Shown piece after piece: positions 26,701 through 32,000 of a stretch of 32,000 bases of DNA; the stretch's first letter is position 1, and every line of letters starts with the position of its first letter. Under the pieces are notes generated by a model that worked only from the letters and a program-made list of their open reading frames with translations, had not been told where the DNA came from and made no database searches. The stretch lies in contig NC_008340.1 in NCBI RefSeq assembly GCF_000014785.1, positions 1,860,001-1,892,000 of the forward strand, read 5' to 3'. The position numbers and the translations under genes are program-made. This DNA comes from Alkalilimnicola ehrlichii MLHE-1. Lineage in GTDB: Bacteria; Pseudomonadota; Gammaproteobacteria; Nitrococcales; Halorhodospiraceae.

Positions 26701-26882
26701 CTGGCGGCCTGCACCGCGGTGTCCACCGCGGCAACGTGCTCCCGGATCAGCAGCGACCGCCGGGTGTCCCAATCCGCCCAGACGTACCAGACCGCCGCCG
26801 CTGCGATCAGGGCAATGCTCAGCAGCGAGAGATAAAAGGGCTGCCAGCCGAGGATTCGCTTTGTTGCCGACGCTTTCAACAT
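23724..26882 (-). CDS. Membrane-bound signalling protein: periplasmic Cache-like sensor - TM - PAS - PAS - GGDEF - EAL
   Basis: Two TM segments ([38 protein letters not shown]) flank a ~300-aa domain containing [14 protein letters not shown] (Cache-type). There are two PAS domains ([52 protein letters not shown]). The GGDEF motif is intact ([11 protein letters not shown]). The EAL domain has [26 protein letters not shown] and QGYHFARP. Confidence 0.9.
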
Positions 26883-27192
26883 CTGTTGGCAGGGCCGTAT
26901 GGCCGCCCCTTCCCCCGCAGAGTGGTGCCACCGTGGCTGGCATCGAGCCTACCACAGAATGTCCCTCAAGGACTCAAGGTTATTCATTTTATGGAAACAG
27001 GTTCCATTTTTGTTGCATGATGCCCGCAGAGCGGTTACAACTGTCGTCCCGGCGGCGTTACCCCAGTCCGCCTTGGGCACGCTACACTCATTGTTTGGCT
27101 GGGGCGCTGCCCCGACTCACACCGCACCGGTCCGGCCGGTGTCCCCGGGCAGCCCCGGAAACGCGCTAGGCCCGAATACAGCGAGGAGACTC

Positions 27193-29382
27193 ATGACCCA
27201 ACGTATCGAAGTCGGCGGCCTGCAGGTCGCCCAGGAGCTCTACGATCTGGTTGCCAAGGAGATCGCCCCGGCCACTGGCGTGGACGCGGATGGTTTCTGG
27301 ACCCACCTCGGCGCCATCGTACGCGATCTGGGCGCCCGCAACCGTGAACTGCTGCAGAAACGCGACGAAATCCAGCAGGCGATCGACAAGTGGCACCTGG
27401 AGCGCAAGGGGCAGCCGCACGATGCTGCGGCGTATAAGACCTTCCTTGAGGAGCTTGGCTACCTCCAGCCCGAGGGCGAGGACTTCGAGGCCACCACCGA
27501 GAACGTCGACCCGGAGATCGCCGAGGTGGCCGGCCCCCAGCTGGTGGTGCCCATCAACAACGCCCGCTTTGCGCTGAACGCCGCGAACGCCCGCTGGGGC
27601 AGCCTGTACGACGCGCTCTACGGTTCCGACGTCCTGCCCGAGGACGACGGCGCCGAGAAGGGCACCCGCTACAACCCGGTACGCGGCAAGAAGGTGATGG
27701 AATATGCCGGCCGGGTGCTGGATGAGGTCGCACCGCTGGCTCAAGGCCGGCACGGCGACGTGGTGGCCTACAACCTGGTGGATGACAACGGCCGCAAACG
27801 GCTGCAGGCCCGGCTGTCGGACGGCAGCGAGACCGGGCTGGCCGATCCGGAGGGCCTGGCGGGTTATAACGGTGCTGAGGACGACCCCACCGTCCTGCTG
27901 CTGCGCCACAACGGCCTGCATGTGGAGATCCAGATCGATCGCGAGCACCTGATCGGCAAGGACCACCCCGCCGGCGTGAAGGACGTGGTCATGGAGGCGG
28001 CCGTCACCGCCATCATGGACTGCGAGGACTCCGTGGCCGCGGTGGATGCGGAGGATAAGACAGCGGTCTACCGCAACTGGCTGGGCCTGATGAACGGCGA
28101 TCTGGAGACCAGTCTGGAAAAGGGCGGCAAAACCATCCAGCGCAGACTGAATGCCGACCGCGACTACATCGGCGCCGATGGCCGCGCCCTCACCCTGCCC
28201 GGGCGCAGCCTGATGCTGATCCGCAACGTCGGCCACCTGATGACCACGCCGGCGGTGCTCGACGCGGACGGCAACGAGATCCCCGAGGGCATCCTCGACG
28301 GCATGGTCACCTCCCTGATCGCGCTATACGACCTCAAGGGCCTGGGCCGCTACCGCAACTCCCGCTCCGGCAGCATGTACATCGTCAAGCCGAAGATGCA
28401 CGGGCCGGACGAGGTGGCCTTCGCGGTGGAGCTCTTCGGCCGCATCGAGGACGCCCTGGGCATGGAGCGCAACACCCTCAAGATCGGCGTCATGGACGAG
28501 GAACGGCGCACCACCGTCAACCTCAAGGCCTGCATCCGGGAGGCGAAGGAACGCATCATCTTTATCAATACCGGCTTCCTCGACCGCACCGGCGACGAGA
28601 TGCACACCTCCATGGAGGCCGGGCCGATGATCCGCAAGGCGGAGATGAAGAGCTCCCGCTGGCTTAATGCCTACGAGGACTGGAACGTGGACATCGGCCT
28701 GGAGTGCGGGCTGCGCGGCCGCGCTCAGATCGGCAAGGGGATGTGGACCATGCCGGACCTGATGAAGGGCATGATGGAGGCCAAGATCGGCCACCCGAAG
28801 GCGGGTGCCAACTGCGCCTGGGTGCCCTCCCCCACTGCGGCCACCCTGCACGCCATCCACTACCACCAGGTCAACGTGGCCGAAGTGCAGGATCGGCTGG
28901 CCGGTCAGCGGCGGGCCACCCTGGATGATCTACTGACCATCCCGCTGGAGCCCAGCCCCAGCTGGTCCGCCGAGGAGATCCAGCAGGAGCTGGACAACAA
29001 CTGTCAGGGCATCCTGGGCTACGTGGTGCGCTGGGTCGACCAGGGTATCGGCTGCTCCAAGGTCCCGGACATCAACAACGTCGGGCTGATGGAGGACCGT
29101 GCCACCCTGCGTATCGCCAGCCAGCTGCTGGCCAACTGGCTGCACCATGGCATCTGCTCCGAGGAGCAGATCATGGAGACCATGAAGCGCATGGCCAAGG
29201 TGGTGGACCAACAGAACGCGGGCGACCCCAACTACCGGCCCATGGCCGCCGATTACGACGGCAGCGTGGCCTTCCAGGCCGCCTGCGAGCTGGTCCTCAA
29301 GGGCCGCGAGCAGCCCAGCGGCTACACCGAACCGGTGCTACACCGCCGCCGTCGGGAGGCCAAGGCCAAGTTCGGTGCCTGA
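27193..29382 (+). CDS. glcB: Malate synthase G
   Basis: 729 aa. Typical GlcB blocks are present ([84 protein letters not shown]). GAGGAG lies 5 nt upstream of the ATG at 27193. The track ORF start at 26899 is an upstream extension. Confidence 0.95.
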
Positions 29383-29415
29383 ACCGGCCTAAACGGTCGC
29401 TAACGGCCTGTCCTG

Positions 29416-29443
29416 AAAGCCCGGCTTCGGCCGGGCTTTTTTT
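29416..29443 (+). terminator. Rho-independent terminator of glcB
   Basis: The stem-loop AAAGCCCGGC-TTCG-GCCGGGCTTT is followed by TTTT (7 T in total). Confidence 0.88.
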
Positions 29444-29547
29444 GTGCTTCCCCCTGCCTCCGGCGCCCCCTTCAGGCCGCTCCGGGGATGACGGCGGCGG
29501 GCGGTCACGCTATCCTGAGGCCACACATTACTGGCTATGGATATATC

Positions 29548-30519
29548 ATGCGCCGAATCATCCTGCTCACCGCCCTGGCCCTGCTGTTGCCGCTGTCCGC
29601 CGCCGCCCGCCAGGGTGACCCGCTCCCCGGCCCCCTGGTCAGCGCCGACTGGCTGGCGGCGCATCTGGATGACGTGGTGGTCCTCGACATCCGCACCGAC
29701 ATCGACAGCTTCAGCACCGGTCTGGCGCCCTCGGACGACGAGGAGGGCATGGGGCTGTGCTCAGACCCACTGCCCATGGGCAGTCACCGGATTGAGGGGC
29801 ATATCCCCGGGGCGCGGCTGGTCCGACTCGCGGACATCACCGGTCAATACCCCGGCCCGAACGGCCCCATCGGGGGCATGCTGGCAGAGCCCGCCGCCTT
29901 CCAGGCGGCCATGCAGGCGGCCGGTGTCAATGCGGGGCAGCCGGTGGTGGTGACCAGCCAGGGGCTGTCGATCAGTGACATGGCCAATGCCACTCGCCTC
30001 TACTTCGCCCTGCGCCACTTCGGCCATGACTCGGTAGCCTTGCTCGACGGCGGGGTCGCCGGCTGGATCGACGCCGGCCACGATTTCGCCACCCGGCAGC
30101 TCCCCTTCGAGCCCGGTGATTTTCAGGCAGGCCCCGGCGACGCAACGTTGCTGGCCACCCGCGGACAGATCGAGGCGGGTGAGGCCGGGGCCCTGGTGGA
30201 CGGCCGCTCTGGTGGCGAGTTCAGGGGGCTCCTGGACAGCAGCTCGGTGGCGGGCCGTGGGCACCTGCCCGGCGCGCTGCATATCCCCATGGGGGACCTG
30301 GGGAGCAGTGGCCGCCCGGCCTACCTGCACGACACCGAGCGGCAGCAGGCCACCTTTTCCGCCGTGCCCGACGGCCCGCTGACGGTCTATTGCGACACCG
30401 GTCGACGCGCCACGCTGCACTGGTTCGTGCTCAACGAACTGCTCGGGAAGCCGGCCCGGCTCTACGACGGCTCCCTGCACGAGTGGACCCACCAGGGCGG
30501 CGACCTGGCCCGGCCCTGA
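29548..30519 (+). CDS. Periplasmic tandem-rhodanese sulfurtransferase (thiosulfate/3-mercaptopyruvate sulfurtransferase-like)
   Basis: The signal peptide is MRRIILLTALALLLPLSAAA. There are two rhodanese repeats (LVSADWLAAHL...VLDIR, and a second domain with active-site loop YCDTGRRAT). I prefer the ATG at 29548. Confidence 0.82.
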   Translation: MRRIILLTALALLLPLSAAARQGDPLPGPLVSADWLAAHLDDVVVLDIRTDIDSFSTGLAPSDDEEGMGLCSDPLPMGSHRIEGHIPGARLVRLADITGQYPGPNGPIGGMLAEPAAFQAAMQAAGVNAGQPVVVTSQGLSISDMANATRLYFALRHFGHDSVALLDGGVAGWIDAGHDFATRQLPFEPGDFQAGPGDATLLATRGQIEAGEAGALVDGRSGGEFRGLLDSSSVAGRGHLPGALHIPMGDLGSSGRPAYLHDTERQQATFSAVPDGPLTVYCDTGRRATLHWFVLNELLGKPARLYDGSLHEWTHQGGDLARP

Positions 30520-30531
30520 CCGACACTTCGG

Positions 30532-30569
30532 CCCCTCATCCGGACCGGGGCGCTCATCCGGATGAGGGG
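30532..30569. terminator. Perfect 13-bp inverted repeat between convergent genes (probable bidirectional terminator hairpin, no clear U-tract)
   Basis: The arms are CCCCTCATCCGGA (30532-30544) and TCCGGATGAGGGG (30557-30569), separated by a 12-nt loop. Confidence 0.5.
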
Positions 30570-30585
30570 TCGCTACTTGTGCGCG

Positions 30586-31374
30586 TTATGCCTCGGCGGT
30601 TCCCGCCGCGAGTGCCGCCTGCACCCCGTCCCAGAACCGGATGCGGGCATCCACCGCCTGCTGTGCCGCCGCCTCGGCCTCGGCATATCGATCCGGGTCC
30701 CCCTCGCACAGGGCATCGAGTAGCTGCAGCGAGAGCGGACCGTGGAAGTCCGCGTCCAGATGGATGTGCCGGTTGAGGTAGTAGTGAAAGGTGGGCGCCT
30801 GAGCCTCCGTCACACCCATGCGGGCGAGGAAGGCCCGAAACATACCGGGTATGATGTGCTCGCGGCCCAGCGCCAGGGCCGCTGCCACGCAGTGGGGGCG
30901 ATCCTCACGGATAAAGCCGAAGGTGGTCTGCATAAACGTCCGCGCAGGCGCCGGCACCTCCGGCAGCGTCAGGGCCCGGTCGATGCCCGCCTCCGCGACC
31001 CGCTCCACAAAGGCCAGTGGGACACGGGTGTCCGCCCCCATCTCCCGCATGGCGTGGCAGTAAAGCTCGAAGTGGCTGGCGTGGCCCTGGGCACTGCCGG
31101 GGGGCGCCTCGTCCGACTCCTCCTCCTGCACCAGGCTGTTGATGAAATAGCGCAGGGGGCCCTGTCCTGGCACGGGCACCCAGGGATAGCTCGCAGGCGC
31201 CACCTGGTTCTGGAGGTATTTCACCAGGGACATGAAATCCCAGACCGAATAGATATGGTGCTCCATGAACCGGCAGAGCTGCTCGCGGGTCTCAATGGCG
31301 CCATAGACCGGATGGGCCTCCAGTCGGGTCTGGGCGGCCTCGATCACTTCGGGGCTGAAGGCGGTACGGGTCAT
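30586..31374 (-). CDS. DUF3050-family protein (heme-oxygenase-like helical fold)
   Basis: The blocks HPVYGAI...L..FMEHHIYSVWDFMSLVKYLQ, YFINSLVQEEESD, HFELYCHAMREMGAD, LALGREHIIPGMF and FHYYLNRHIHLDADFHGP match my recollection of DUF3050 proteins. This has not been verified by a search. Confidence 0.7.
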   Translation of the reverse strand: MTRTAFSPEVIEAAQTRLEAHPVYGAIETREQLCRFMEHHIYSVWDFMSLVKYLQNQVAPASYPWVPVPGQGPLRYFINSLVQEEESDEAPPGSAQGHASHFELYCHAMREMGADTRVPLAFVERVAEAGIDRALTLPEVPAPARTFMQTTFGFIREDRPHCVAAALALGREHIIPGMFRAFLARMGVTEAQAPTFHYYLNRHIHLDADFHGPLSLQLLDALCEGDPDRYAEAEAAAQQAVDARIRFWDGVQAALAAGTAEA

Positions 31375-31982
31375 CAGCGGTTCTCCTCACGGTTCACTTG
31401 GGGGTCCGATTCGGCGGCTGCCGGCGCCCCGGAAATCAGCGGCTCCAGCAGTTCACCGATGGCCTTGTGCAGGCGCTCGGCCATGGCCGGCCCCTCCACC
31501 TCGGTCAACTGAGCGTGGAGCCAGACATCGTCCTCGTGGCCGGCCGCGCGCCCGCCCAGGGCCCCGAGGCAATTGAAGGCGGCGTAACCCGGCATCTCAC
31601 CGTCATAGCCGGCACGCGCATAGGTGGCCAGCCGTTCGTGGGCCCGGCGCACCAGGGCCACCCCGGCCTCCGGGTCGGCCACGCTCTCGGCGGCGCCGCT
31701 GCTCATGCGCTCGACCATGGCGGCCACCAGCCGGCGGCGGTGGTCGTCGTCCACACCGCGCAGCCAGGCGAGCCGGTCCACCATCTGCACGGCGAACAGG
31801 GCCAGCTCCTCCACCAGCGCCAGATGCCCACCGGCACGATCAGTCACCGGCCCATGCTCCGAGATATCGCGCACGGTTTGCGTTGCCATGCGCCAAGCCA
31901 GCATGGCGGCGGCCCCTCCCACCTGCTCCGGGTCGCGCGTTTGGCCGTGGCGGAACCAACGGGTCTTCATCCTCATCGCCAT
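31374..31982 (-). CDS. Hypothetical protein (202 aa), translationally coupled to the DUF3050 gene
   Basis: The frame is open with strong GC3 bias and CTG/GAG/GCC-rich codon usage typical of real genes here. GGAGGTGG lies upstream of the ATG at 31982. Its TGA stop overlaps the downstream ATG (ATGA at 31374-31376). I recognise no family. Confidence 0.6.
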   Translation of the reverse strand: MAMRMKTRWFRHGQTRDPEQVGGAAAMLAWRMATQTVRDISEHGPVTDRAGGHLALVEELALFAVQMVDRLAWLRGVDDDHRRRLVAAMVERMSSGAAESVADPEAGVALVRRAHERLATYARAGYDGEMPGYAAFNCLGALGGRAAGHEDDVWLHAQLTEVEGPAMAERLHKAIGELLEPLISGAPAAAESDPQVNREENR

Positions 31983-32000
31983 GCGCTATTCCACCTCCGT

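Noticed and set aside
26991-27020. Sigma-54 (-24/-12) promoter in the AT-rich glcB upstream island (GG...TTGCAT)
   Set aside because: The GG-to-GC spacing is 15 nt rather than the 12 nt required by TGGCAC-N5-TTGC, and no enhancer-binding protein gene is nearby.

Overview
Visibly high-GC segment (about two-thirds G+C by eye, not computed). It reads like core chromosome of a gammaproteobacterium. The gene content resembles Ectothiorhodospiraceae/Chromatiales-type organisms, but the taxon cannot be confirmed without a database search. I can support 23 protein genes, one tRNA-Glu, several terminators and promoters, and one repeat-rich intergenic region. Gene order: hrpA (minus strand, edge-truncated, so absent from the supplied ORF track), YfcE-like phosphoesterase, thrH, a 760-bp repeat region, a BI-1/YccA membrane protein, an ExeA-like AAA+/SPOR protein and tRNA-Glu. 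Next, all on the minus strand, come an AraC regulator, a methyltransferase::4-TM fusion, an ECF sigma and a ZAS anti-sigma, divergent from a second methyltransferase paralogue and a glutamine amidotransferase. Then follow a 1295-aa DUF3683/FAD/Fe-S oxidoreductase, a MATE exporter, a signal-peptide BFN-nuclease::PDZ protein, regBA, cydDC, a dCache-PAS-PAS-GGDEF-EAL protein, glcB, a periplasmic rhodanese, and a DUF3050 protein with a coupled orphan gene. I see no transposase, integrase, phage, CRISPR-Cas, toxin-antitoxin or recognisable defence genes, so this looks like an ordinary region rather than an accessory island. The best candidate for something uncharacterised is the cluster at 7.7-11.0 kb. 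There an RsrA-type thiol-switch anti-sigma and an ECF sigma sit between two ArsM-like methyltransferases that lack two of the canonical As(III)-binding cysteines. One of them is fused to a MerC-like membrane domain, and a GGAAC-N17-CGTC ECF-type promoter precedes the divergent paralogue. Secondary items are a palindromic-element plus 28-30-bp tandem-repeat block (3.5-3.9 kb), the secreted BFN-PDZ fusion and the DUF3050/orphan pair. Many long ORFs in the track are antisense shadows produced by the high GC content. All domain calls come from motif recognition by eye; no searches were run.
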